Shown here piece after piece: positions 12,289-23,013 of a stretch of DNA of 64,000 nucleotides. Source of the stretch: Mobula hypostoma (Eukaryota); NCBI RefSeq assembly GCF_963921235.1, contig NC_086108.1, positions 100,938,001-101,002,000 of the forward strand, in the 5' to 3' direction. Position 1 is the stretch's first letter. Each line of letters opens with the position of its first letter. The notes under the pieces are model-generated. The model did no database searches. It was not told where the DNA came from and saw only the letters and a program-made list of their open reading frames with translations. The translations under genes and the position numbers were made by a program.

Positions 12289-12668
12289 GAGCAGATTCAA
12301 TGGCCCGATTCTGCTACCATGCCCTACGGTCAGCATTCTGAGAGGTAAACACCCCTCATTACTACGAGTTACTAACTCATTCTAATGAGTTACTCACAAG
12401 TATTAATTTTAAGTATGCATTATGTGGGATGAGAAAAGGAATTGTCTATTAGATATTTTAAAAGTGACACCTCGTTTATTAAGAATGTAATGCCACAACT
12501 GGAAAAAGTTACAAGATAAGGAAATCAAGACAGCTTCCATAAGCATTTGGGAGGAAAACACAATATTCCAGTGTAAACACGTCACTGAACTTCCCAATTA
12601 CCTTGAACAATAGGGAACAGCACGGTACAAATGCATTCCCGTACAATTTAAAGCTCTAGTAAAAAGGA

Positions 12669-12956
12669 GGAGAGGGAGAGGGAGAGGGAGAGGGAGAGGG
12701 AGAGGGAGAGGGAGAGGGAGAGGGAGAGGGAGAGGGAGAGGGAGAGGGAGAGGGAGAGGGAGAGGGAGAGGGAGAGGGAGAGGGAGAGGGAGAGAGAGGG
12801 AGAGGGAGAGGGAGAGGGAGAGGGAGAGGGAGAGGGAGAGGGAGAGGGAGAGGGAGAGGGAGAGGGAGAGGGAGAGGGAGAGGGAGAGGGAGAGGGAGAG
12901 GGAGAGGGAGAGGGAGAGGGAGAGGGAGAGGGAGAGGGAGAGGGAGAGGGAGAGGG
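12669..12956. repeat. (GGGAGA)n hexamer microsatellite, ~48 units
   Basis: Near-perfect array with one phase slip near 12791, followed by an A-tract. Confidence 0.98.
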
Positions 12957-13329
12957 AAAAAAAAAAGAAAGGAAGAACCCCCAGGCTAACCATTTGACAA
13001 AACTCCAGACATTGGGCGTTGTCTGGTACAGAGCAAGGTTCAACTTTATTATACGTGGTAAGGACATCTTTTACACCCGTTTTTGGACACTCCAAAGCAG
13101 ACTTTTGAAGTATAGCCCGTGTTGCAAATCAATAAATCTCCACTGTTCTCGCACAACATAGACTATGAAATGCAGTACAACTCAGTGCCCCGATGCAACA
13201 GCTCCTAATTACTCAAAGTAGCTGATTCAACCAGCTACATACTATGATCAAATCATGCTAAATACTATAAATCACGAAGTAAATCTATTTGTAAAGCAGG
13301 AAATGAGGTAACCAACTTGCACATAGACG

Positions 13330-13820
13330 GCAGTGTGGTCATTGCGGCTGACCTTTGGGCAATCAGAGGGAAAGAGGTCTACTCCTACTCTCAGCTACCG
13401 CCCTGGGCCCAGCTGCCTGTATCTCGTCGGGCCGCCTGTTGTCAGTTACCCTACAGCCTCCGGCCTCATCGTTAGTGTCACCTCGGCACTGGCTCTATCG
13501 GGAGAAGCAGGCCGGTGACGACTAGCCCACTTTACCTGAACTGCCCGGCTGAGGAAAGTGCCGGCATCCGCCGCCAACTTCTTCACATTAAAGTCCATGG
13601 TAACACAACCGATATCGAAACCGGGCGGCACACCGCCACCACTCCACTCGCACTCCCAACGACGCCCTACAACCCGCCTCCGCTGCGCTAAAGCCAATCA
13701 GAGTACTGATCTTACACCACTACAACCAATCAGCTATCGGAGTCGCAGAATCAACCAATTACCTGGTCGACACTGACACATCCAACAAATGCGTGAATAT
13801 GACACAGGCACAGCCAATCA
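13330..13820 (-). promoter_or_regulatory. SH3GLB1 CpG-island promoter with four CCAAT boxes
   Basis: Dense CpG around exon 1; CCAAT on the plus strand at 13694, 13726, 13755 and 13814; GC-box-like GGGCGG near 13623 and CCGCC near 13674; no TATA seen. Confidence 0.8.
13536..13598 (-). CDS. SH3GLB1: Endophilin-B1 (Bif-1), first coding exon, 21 codons
   Basis: Encodes MDFNVKKLAADAGTFLSRAVQ, the endophilin-B1 N-terminal amphipathic helix (B2 has MDFNMKKLASDAGIFFTRAVQ); Kozak ACCATGG; phase-0 donor CAG|GTAAAG; lies in a CpG island. Confidence 0.95.
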
Positions 13821-14909
13821 GAATAAGAAAAAATTCGTAGTAATGATAAGAGCATGAATAGGCTACTCGGTCCTTCAGCGATCCTAAATCAGATCACGAC
13901 TAACCTTGCATCTTTTCTTTATTCCTTATCTTTTTCTTATTCCGATTTACATTATTCCTGTAAAATCAAGAAAGCCATGGATCTCCGTTTTCAATTAACC
14001 CATTGACTGAATTTCGACGGTCATCTAAGGTAGAGAACTCCAAATATTGACTATGCTTTCAATGAACATATTTCTCTTCTTTTTAAGTCTTAAATAGACC
14101 ACCCACTATTTTGGAACCATGATACTAACATCCAGACTTCCTAATCAGATAAAACATCCTCCCCGTCTACTCTCTAATAATTTTGTATGTTGTAAGAAGG
14201 ACTTACCATTTTCTTAAACAAAGAATATAGGGCTAACTCAATCTCACCTGATCTGCCGACACACGAAAAACTGCAGATGTTGAAATCGGGAAAAACACTG
14301 AAAATGCTAGAGGAACTCAGCAGTTCTGGAAGGATCTATTGAGGGAAATAGACATTTGATGTTCCAGGTGCAGACACTTCAACTGATCTGGAGGAAAGCT
14401 TCTTCAAAGTCACAATACCTTGAAGCGATCTCACAGTAGAGCTGCAACATGAAGACATAAGGGACACCATTTGAAGAACAAGCATGGTGAATCTTTGCTG
14501 CACTCATCCTATTCATTTTAATGTAGGTAAGGAAATCAACACGTCACACAATACCCTGGGTATAATATCAACAATGGCCCTCTATAATAGGTCATACTTT
14601 ACGTCTGTACTCAAGTTCTTTTGTAATAAAGATTAGTTTTTTTTTCTAACTGTTTCTCAATCTTTGACTATTTTAAAAGTGTACAGCTTTCTGTTTCAGT
14701 TTCTACATACATAACCTCATTGTACATAAGAAACACATTGGACTCCATCTGCTATGTTGTTGCTTAGGCACTCAGCTTAGTCCCAATCTTTCTCAAGTCT
14801 CTCCTCACTCATTGGTACTCATATTCCTACTTAGTTCTCTGTCAAAAGCAAACTTGAAGATGTTACGTTTGGTTCCCTCAATCAAATCAGTAACTTAAAT
14901 TAGGGATGA

Positions 14910-15300
14910 TCTTGGGCTGTATACTCTGGAGTTCAGGAGAATGGGGAGGGGGATCTCATGGAAACAGTCTGAATGTTAAAGGGCCTGAACAGGTTAGAAA
15001 CGGCAAAGTTATTTCCCATGGTAGAGGAATCTAGGACAAGAGGGCACAACTTCAGGATTGAAGGACGTCCTTTCAGAACAGAACTGCCAGACGTTCCTCA
15101 TACGGTAACCCCATCATTCCTGGAATCGTTCTCATGAATCTTCTCTGAGCCCTCTCCAATGTCAGTATATCCTTTCTAAAATAAGGAACCCAAAACTGCA
15201 CACAATACTCCAAGTGTGGTCTCACAAGTGCCTTAGAGAGCCTCAGCATCACATTCCGGCTCTTATATTCTACACTTCTAGAAATGAATGCCAACATTTT
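14910..15300 (-). mobile_element. CR1 fragment whose 3' segment (14910-15081) is inverted
   Basis: MLAFISRSVEYKS...YCVQFW on minus; the continuation lies on plus (compare intact copy at 53500-53900). Confidence 0.8.
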
Positions 15301-15689
15301 TTTCTTAAGTACAATCGTGAACAATAACCAAATCAGAAATGCTGATCAAGTCAACTAGTTGTCAAAGAGAACTCTGATAGACCAATCAGATGGTTCACTG
15401 CTGCTCAGCGATAGAACATGAGAAATATCATGTGTACAATTAAGAAATATTAAAGAATAGTAGAAATACTGGAGTCATGATGATCATGATGAAGTCTGCT
15501 GGAGAGAGATATTTATACACATGCTGTCCTCCATAATTCAAAGTGATTGAAGAATAAGGTTGCAGGGTGAGAAAATGTGGCAGGAGCACTGGGAACTAAA
15601 AACTAATCCCTACCGGGAGAAAACAGCATCTGTTCTTTCCACACTGTTCTCCAGCAGTTTACGGACTAAGTCCAGCCGGAACACAGCTC

Positions 15690-16040
15690 ACAAGTGCTTT
15701 TGAAAGTCAGGTATTAACCCAACTACCAACAACCAAGCACTGTCATTCCAGTCCCTTTCATGATAACTTATGAAGAAGCGTGTGACTTCCCTCCTAGAGA
15801 TGATAGGTGTTTGTGCACTCGACTCTTGAAGGCTTGGACTCCATTGTTGCAGATGTTTCCAACCACAGCATCTGGAAGGCTGTTCCAAATTCTGATAGCA
15901 CAGTGAAGGAAGCTTCTATCCAGTATGTAGGTTCTTGCATCAAGCACAGAAACAGCATGAGCAGGCACAGATAAACTTGATCATGTGGTACGCCATCTCT
16001 CATAAGATGAAGGCAGCATGGCACGAAGGTCTGCAGGTCC
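15690..16040 (-). mobile_element. LINE (CR1/L2-group) 3' fragment
   Basis: RTYILDRSFLHCAIRIWNSLPDAVV...FKSRVHKHL C-terminal motif. Confidence 0.6.
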
Positions 16041-16044
16041 TTCA

Positions 16045-16560
16045 CCTTCCTCACCACCGACTCAACTTGGAGGTTAACCTTTAGGATATCCTGCACAAGG
16101 ACTCCTAAGTCCCTTTGCATTTCTGCATTTTCAATTCTCTCCCCATCTAAATAATAGTCTGCCCGTTTATTTCTTCCACCGTAGTGCATGACCATGCCCT
16201 CTCTTTTGCTTTTACTTTGGCTCTGACTTCACTTGTCAGCCACGGTAGTGTCCTTCTTCCATTGGAAGATTACTTCTTATTTGGTATATATCTGTCTTGC
16301 ACTTCTCTCATTTTTTTGCAGAAACTCCAGCCATATTGAGATCACCTAAGGGTTCCTTAACGTGAAGCTCTCTTATCACCTCCGGATCATTGTCCAACAC
16401 CCAATACAGCACAGCTGATCCCCTAGTAGGCTCAACAACAAGCTGTTCTAAAAAGCCATCCCTCAGACATTTGACAAATTCTCTCTCGAGGACCAGTACT
16501 GGTCTGGTTTTCCTAATCCACTTTCATGTTAAAATCCCCAACGATTATCACAACATTGCC
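16045..16560 (-). mobile_element. CR1 ORF2 fragments (RT and endonuclease pieces joined by deletions)
   Basis: VMHYGGRNKRADYYLDGE...QRDLGVLV; IVGDFNM; homologous to 53.9-54.1 kb and 58.0-58.5 kb. Confidence 0.75.
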
Positions 16561-16645
16561 CTTCAACCAATCTTACAGAGTCTTTTGAGGAAGTTCAAGG
16601 CAAGTCAGGCTAAGTCAATTTTATTGTCATCTAACTGTATACATG

Positions 16646-17120
16646 GTCAGGTCACTGGTCTGAGTGCTACTGGTACCATGTAACCCAGTACTACCTGTCG
16701 CATGGTCGGGTGGTCGGCGACTAAACCGGCTCCCCCACCAGGCTTGCCTGGTCAGGAGGGTGGCTAGACACCCTGCAGGATGAAAAACAAGACTTGCCAA
16801 AGGACGGATGAACCTTCTTGTAGGGTCAACGGCCATCTAGCAAACATGTGCCGTGAAGCGCGGAAAGGGCATCCCTTGCATCGAAGCTTGGTCTGGCCAT
16901 TCACTGCAACAGAACTTCCCCCAGACGTCTTGGACCCCACCATGCCGCTGGATCCGGGAGGGGATGTTGAGAGGGTGGGTCTGGACCTGTGAAACCCCCT
17001 ACTCACCTAAAATCCACTCACGCACACACTGTTCCTTTCTGAGGAGCGGGGTATCCTAAACCCCACTAACTGACTGAAAGGAACCATCATCACCCTGTGG
17101 GATGGATAGCCAGGGAGAGA
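16646..17120 (+). mobile_element. 475-bp non-coding retroposon (RTE/Vingi-like 5' UTR features)
   Basis: Exact 8-bp TSD TATACATG (16638-16645 and 17121-17128); GC/CpG-rich body; short (GA)n end. Confidence 0.65.
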
Positions 17121-17621
17121 TATACATGTATGTGACTTATATACATATAATTTATATGGAAACAAGACGTTTTTCCAAACCTGGGTGTAAAGAACGGTGG
17201 TACACATAACACACCAAAACCTATGAAGGTAAGGATAAAATCTACAGATGAATCAAACATAATTAACAAACTAAAGTGTATTAATATTAAATAAGGTAAG
17301 GTACGGAACAGATTAACCAGTGACACTTCGAATACAATGCAGCAGGGAGTTCAGAAGCCTAATGGCTTGAGGGATGAAACAGTTTTTCATCCTGACTGTT
17401 CTTGTTTTTATGCATTGTGGTCTCCTGCCTGATGCTGGAAAGTCAAAGAGGACGCTGGATTATCAGGACAGTTGATGAAGGCAAGGCAGTGGATGTTGTC
17501 TACAAGGCCTTTGACAAAGTCCCACTTGGGACATTGGTCAAGAAGGTTCAGTCACTTGGCATTTAAGATAAGTAATATTTTGGATTAGATATTGGCTTCA
17601 TGGGAGAACTTAGAGAGTGTT

Positions 17622-17810
17622 AGTCATAGTCATAGTCATTGTCATACTTTATTGATCCCGGGGGAAATTGGTTTTCATTACAGTTGCACCATAAATAATG
17701 AAATAGTAATATGTAAGTTATGCCAGGAAATAAGTCCAGGTCCAGCCTATTAGCTCAGGGTGTCTGACCCTCCAGGCAGGAGGCCACAGGCAGGAATGAC
17801 TTCCTATGAC
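17622..17810 (-). mobile_element. Rex1/Babar-like LINE 3' end
   Basis: Nearly identical to 10748-10965, including the (CATAGT)n tail. Confidence 0.85.
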
Positions 17811-18296
17811 GCTAGGAGATAGTTGCCTCTCTGACTGGAGGCCTGTGACTAGTGGAGTGTCGCAGGCATCGATGCTGGGTCCATTGTTGTTTGTCATCTG
17901 TATCAATGATCTGGATAATAATGTGGTTAACTGGAACAGCAGATCTGTGGATGATGCCAAGATTGAGGGCATAGTAGACAGCAAGGAAGGCTATCAAAAC
18001 TTGAAATGGGATCTGGACCAGATGGAAAAATGGGCTGTAAAATGGCAGATAGAATTTAATACATACAAGTGTGAAGTGTTGCACTTTGGGTAGATAAACC
18101 AGAGCAGGCTTTATGTGGGGAACGGTAGGGCTCTGAGGAGTGCGGTAGAACAGAGGGATCTGGGAATACAGATTCACAATTCTTTGAACATGATGTCACA
18201 GGTAGATAGGGTCATAAAGAGAGCTTTAGGCCTTCATTGGCCTTCATAAGTCAAAATACAGAGTGGAGGAGTTGGGATATTATGTTGAAGTTGTAT

Positions 18297-19176
18297 TGTT
18301 ACATACCTCAAAGAGATCTGTGATTTTTTTGTGAGAATGATGTAATGGTCTTTTGGAGGTCACCTGATGTAATTTTCCCGCCGATGTGAGGTCACGTGAT
18401 GACATGTGCACCACGGGTATATAAAGGTCCCAGATGACGCAGTTAGTTTTTAGTTTTTAGATTTCCAGGTAGAACGCACTGTGTCTCCGTTTCCGTTGCG
18501 TATTTGTTTTTATGACGCAGTTTCATTTTTAAAATGGAGTTTTGCATTTTGTTGCAAGATACAATATTATTGGACTGGAAATTTTTGCTAGAGGTGCTGA
18601 TTTATCCTATTCCAGCAGTAGAAGGGAGAGTGAAGACTTTATCGAAGTACAGGCCCGAAAGATTGGGAGGAGTCGGCATCGTTCAGCAGTTTAACAAAGG
18701 ATCAACCTTATTGAGTCTTCATTGAAGGAGTAGCGACCTGCATCGAAGATAACTCTTGCCAAAAGAGAAAAGAGTTCATGCAAAGGTTTGCTCTCTCTAA
18801 AAGAAATTAAGGTCAGTTGTTTTAAACTGTTTAATTACTGCATCGTGAATCCTGTGGACAGAACCAGCAGGAAAGTCACGTCTATGAAGAAATCCTTCTT
18901 CAGAGAAGTCTCTCCCAATTAAACGTATAAATCTGTTGGACTTTCGAATTTACCATTTTAAGAACTATATCTGACTTTTTTGCTTTAAGATCTGTTTTCG
19001 CATTTAACGCTTTAAGAACCAGTGCCGAGTGACGATTTGTTGAACGGCTGCATAACGGTTAACTTCCGGTTAAAGTTTTCGTTGTTTTTTTTATCGATTG
19101 TCCGTGTTTAATAAATGTTTGGTTGTTTTTATGTAACCTGTCTCAATTGATATTCATTGTTGCCGTTTACGTAACA
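18297..19176 (+). mobile_element. Solo LTR (880 bp; Gypsy/ERV-type)
   Basis: TGTTACATA...TACGTAACA termini; 4-bp TSD GTAT; TATATAAA at 18418; AATAAA at 19110; splits the CR1 motif MLKLY|TL.RP. Confidence 0.88.
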
Positions 19177-19959
19177 GTATACATTGGGGAGGCCTAGTTT
19201 GTGTGCAGTTCTGGCCACCTACCTACAGGAAAGATAACAATAAGACTGAAAGATACAGAGAAAATTTACCAGGATGTCGCCAGGACATGAGTACCTGAGT
19301 TAAAGGGAAAGGTTGAATAGGTTAAGATTTCCAGGAGCGTAGGAGAATGAAGGGAGACTTGATAGAGGCATACAAAATTATTAGGGGTATGGAGAGGGTA
19401 AATGCAAGCACTAAGGTTGGGTGAGACTAAAACTAGAGGTCATGGTTTGAGGGTGAAAGGTGAAAGGTGTAAGGGGCACGTAACTTCTTCACTCAGAGGG
19501 TGGTGAGAGTGTAGAATGAGCTGGTGAACTCGAGGTTTGGTTTCAACATTTAAGAGAAATTTGGAGAGGCGTATGGATGCGAGGGTTATAGAGGTCTATG
19601 GCCCAGGTAGGCAGATTAGTTCAGCGTGCACTGTTTGGGCCAAAGGGCCTGTTTCTGTGCTGTAGTGTTCTATGAGTCTATGACCTTGTCCCTTATTGTC
19701 TGCCTGCACCGCAGTTCCTCAGGAACTAACACTTCATTCTGCACATTTCCCTGTACTACCTCAATCCACCGTCATAATGTATTGATCTGTATCAACAATA
19801 TGCAAGGCAGGTTTCTCACCGTACCTTAGTGTATGCTTAATTAATAAACCGATGTGTGCTCTGTTTATTTTTAGATATTCTCGTTCACCTTTAGTGAAAT
19901 TGGACCAAGAAGTTTTTTACATCTTCATTTCATTATGGTTTTGGTTGGGTTTTTTTCTC

Positions 19960-20320
19960 TGGTGAGGTGGAGGCTGAGGGGAGATCTAACAGAGGTGTAT
20001 AAGATTATGAGAGGCATAGATAGGGTAGACTGACAATATCTTTTTCCACGGGTTGAAATGTCTGAAACCAGAGGGCATCCATTTAAGATGAGAGGCGGAT
20101 GATTTCTAAGGAGATGTGAAATGCAAGTTCTTTACACAGAGAGTGGTGGACGGCAGGAATGAACTGCCTGGGGTGGTGGTAAAGGCAGAAACATTAGCAG
20201 CTTTGAAGAGGTGTTTAGATAGGCATATGAATGTGAGGAAAATAGAGTGATATAGTAATTGTGTAGGGTCCAAAGGACCCGTTCCTGTGCTGTACTGTTC
20301 TATGTTCTGTGTTCTATGAG
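19960..20320 (+). mobile_element. CR1 3' fragment
   Basis: RLRGDLTEVYKIMRGIDRVD...FFTQRVV; tail (TGTTCTA)n. Confidence 0.85.
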
Positions 20321-21528
20321 ATTTTAGAAACCTCCACCAGACTCTTCAGGCATTGTTGATGAAGAGTCTCCAAGCTGACATGTTGGCCCTGCTTCCTTAG
20401 AGCTTTGACCAGCAGCCAATCCGAACATCAGAAGTTTGGAGAGGAGGGGACTTCAATCAGGTCCCCTGCCCAGGGATAAAAGGCAGCAGCAGGTCGTACC
20501 AGCGAAAAGGAGCTTTGACCAGCAACCAGTTGATGTTTGAAATTGATTAGTAAGACCAAATTAAAAGAAGGCATGGACAAGTGCAGTGGCCATCATCTGA
20601 GTGGACATTGTCAGATTTGTGATCCTGAGGCTTTATCTCTTCAAGGCTTCAGAGAAGAGAAGCTACAGTTAGAGAAAGCAAAAGAAAAATGCAAGATTTT
20701 TTTCCTTCTCTTTATGTTTGCTCAGCTCGGACAGTAGAGATGCTAGGCAGGATAGGGAAATGCTCCTCTTGCTGGATGTTGGAAGGCAGGAAGTCCTCTA
20801 GTGCCTCTGATGACTATAGCTGTGAGAAGTGCAATCAGCTGTAGCTTCTAACAAAACGCACTTGTTAGGAGCTGGAGCTGGAACTGGATGAACTCCGGAT
20901 GATTCGGAAGGCTGAGGGGTGATAGATGGGTCATATAGAGAAGGAGTTACACCTATGGTGCAGGACACAGGAAACTGGGCGACAATTAAGAAGGGGAAAG
21001 GAGTTAAGGAGCCAGAGTAGAATACCCCTGTGGCCACCCCGCTCAACAACAGGAATATCACTTTGGATACTGTCGAGGGGGATGAGCTAACAGAGGAAAG
21101 TCATATTGTCAGGCCTCTGGCACTGAGGCTGCCTCTGCGACTCAGAAGGGAAGTGGGGAAAAAGAGACACGCTATGATGGCAGGGAATTTGTTAATTAGG
21201 GAAATGGATAGGAAGTTCTGTTAGTGAGAACGAAATTCCTGGATGGTATGTTGCCTCCCGGCTGCCAGAGTCCAGGATATCTTGGATCGAGTCCTCAGCA
21301 TTTTGTAAGTGGGAGGGTGAACAGCCAGAAGTTGTCTTCTATGTAGGAACCAATGACATGGACAGGTTGAGTGATGAGGTTTTGCATATGGAGTTCAGGG
21401 AGATGCGTGCTAAATTAAAGGGCAGGACCTCCAGTGTTGTGATCTCAGGATTGCTACCCATGCCATGTGCTAGCGAGGCTAAAACTAGGACGATTATTCA
21501 GTTTAATACATGACTAATGAGTTGCTGT

Positions 21529-21739
21529 GCCGGCTGGTGGCGTAGTGGCATCAGCGCCGGACTTCAGAGCGAAGGCTCCCGAGTTCGAATCCAGCCGGCT
21601 CCCTTGCACACTTTCCATCCGTGTTGGGTTGAGCGTTGAGCTAGCATCTCGGCCTCATAAAAATAAGAAAGCCTGCTAAAAAAACGCCGTCATGACGGCG
21701 TCCCGATGACTCCACTCGGAGTTAAGTGCTTTCTTCTTC
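21529..21739 (+). mobile_element. tRNA(Arg-like)-headed SINE with RTE-type body and (TTC)n tail
   Basis: A box TGGCGTAGTGG, B box GAGTTCGAATCC; 13-bp TSD AATGAGTTG(C/G)TGT at 21516-21528 and 21740-21752. Confidence 0.88.
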
Positions 21740-22127
21740 AATGAGTTGGTGTAGGAGGGAGGGCATAAGATTTTTGGATCATTAGGCTCTCTTCCAGGGA
21801 AGGTGGGACCTGGACAGAAGGGATGGTTTGCACCTGAACTGGAGGGGTCTAATATCCTACCAGGAAGATTTGTTAATGCTGCATGGTGGAGTTTAAACTA
21901 GAGTTGCAGGGGGATGGGAACCAGGGTGCCAGAACAGTTAGTGGAGAGGTTGTAAGGCAGATGTTGGTAAGACCTCAGATATAGTTAGGGATCAAAAGGA
22001 TGAGCATGCTGTGACTAGTGTCCTGAGATGCCTATATTTTAATGCAAGAAGTATCGTAGGAAAGGCGGATAATAGTGCTCAAGATGAGGTATCTGGTTTA
22101 CAAACAGAGGCAATCTGTAGTGAGGAG

Positions 22128-23013
22128 TGTGATGAGAGTACACATAGATTAAGATGTTAACTGTCCTGTGCTGGCACCAGTGGGATCAGCAGTTGGTCTG
22201 CCACCTGTCTTCAGGAGAAAGAGAGATAAGGAAAACAATGGAGCAGCATTTGGAGATGTTAATGAAGGGAAGGAAGGAGCGCTGTCAAGATCGGCCCCCC
22301 TTTGAACCCTGAACTGTTTGAAGTGATGGACAGGCGATACCCCAGCAGGGGGATAAAAAGGGACAGGTTCGCTAAGGCAGACACACATGACACCACGAGG
22401 TAAAGAGACCCTGGAAGCGGTGCGCCTCCCACAAGTCGGTGGGAGTCTTTGGCGGGCTGGTCACGGGACCAAGCCATAGACGCACAGGGTGGAAAGGTAC
22501 GATCGGCGGGAACCTGGTGTGTGTCCGCCCTTGCCTGGGTGCCAGGTTCACCGCAGAGAAACGATCGTATCTGGAAATGGAGGGGTCACAGTCGGTGACC
22601 CCAGAAGACATCACAAAGGGCTCGCCCGAAAGCTGACTGTGAAGAATATCGAAGGTCTGTGTGGAAGCCGTTTGAATATTCATTCGTTTTTGCTCTCTCT
22701 CTTCTTCCCCCCACTGTCCATCGCCACAGCAGTGATTACTGTGAACTGAACTGAACTCAGTTGAACTGAACTTTGCGTCACTTTGAAACTGGTCATTTAC
22801 CCCTAGACGATGATAGAGCTTGATTGATCCTGTTATCCTAATTCTGTGTACATGTGTGTTTATCATTGCTGAACTGTTGCATTTATTATCCTTTTGATTA
22901 GAGTACTGTGTTGCTTGTTTCTTAAATAAAACTTTCTTAGTTCTAGTAATCCAGACTCCAACTGAGTGATCCATTTCTGCTGGTTTGGCAACCCAGTTAT
23001 GGGGTACGTAACA
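22128..23013 (+). mobile_element. Solo LTR (886 bp), second family
   Basis: TGTGA...TACGTAACA termini; 4-bp TSD GGAG; GATAAAAAG at 22352; AATAAA at 22925. Confidence 0.85.

Larger units (their letters stand above)
17460..19683 (+). mobile_element. CR1 LINE 3' half, interrupted by a Rex-like fragment and a solo LTR
   Basis: AVDVVY..AFDKVP, WRPVTSGV, GPLLFVI.INDLD, KCEVLHFG, CR1 3' UTR with (TTCTATG)-like tail. Confidence 0.88.

Noticed and set aside
12598..13095. 165-aa and 139-aa ORFs rich in SL/PL/SP
   Set aside because: Translation artefacts of the (GGGAGA)n microsatellite
13446..13697. 83-aa ORF as a complete gene or N-terminal extension
   Set aside because: Starts at a non-ATG codon and reads through the splice donor; only 13536-13598 matches endophilin-B1
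21529..21599. tRNA gene with TCA anticodon (Sec or opal suppressor)
   Set aside because: It is a SINE head with body, tail and TSD; anticodon and T stems pair poorly; it resembles tRNA-Arg(TCG), so TTCAGA is most simply a CpG transition from TTCGGA
18297..23013. Single LTR retrotransposon bounded by the two LTRs
   Set aside because: The LTRs are not similar internally, each has its own TSD, and the intervening DNA is CR1
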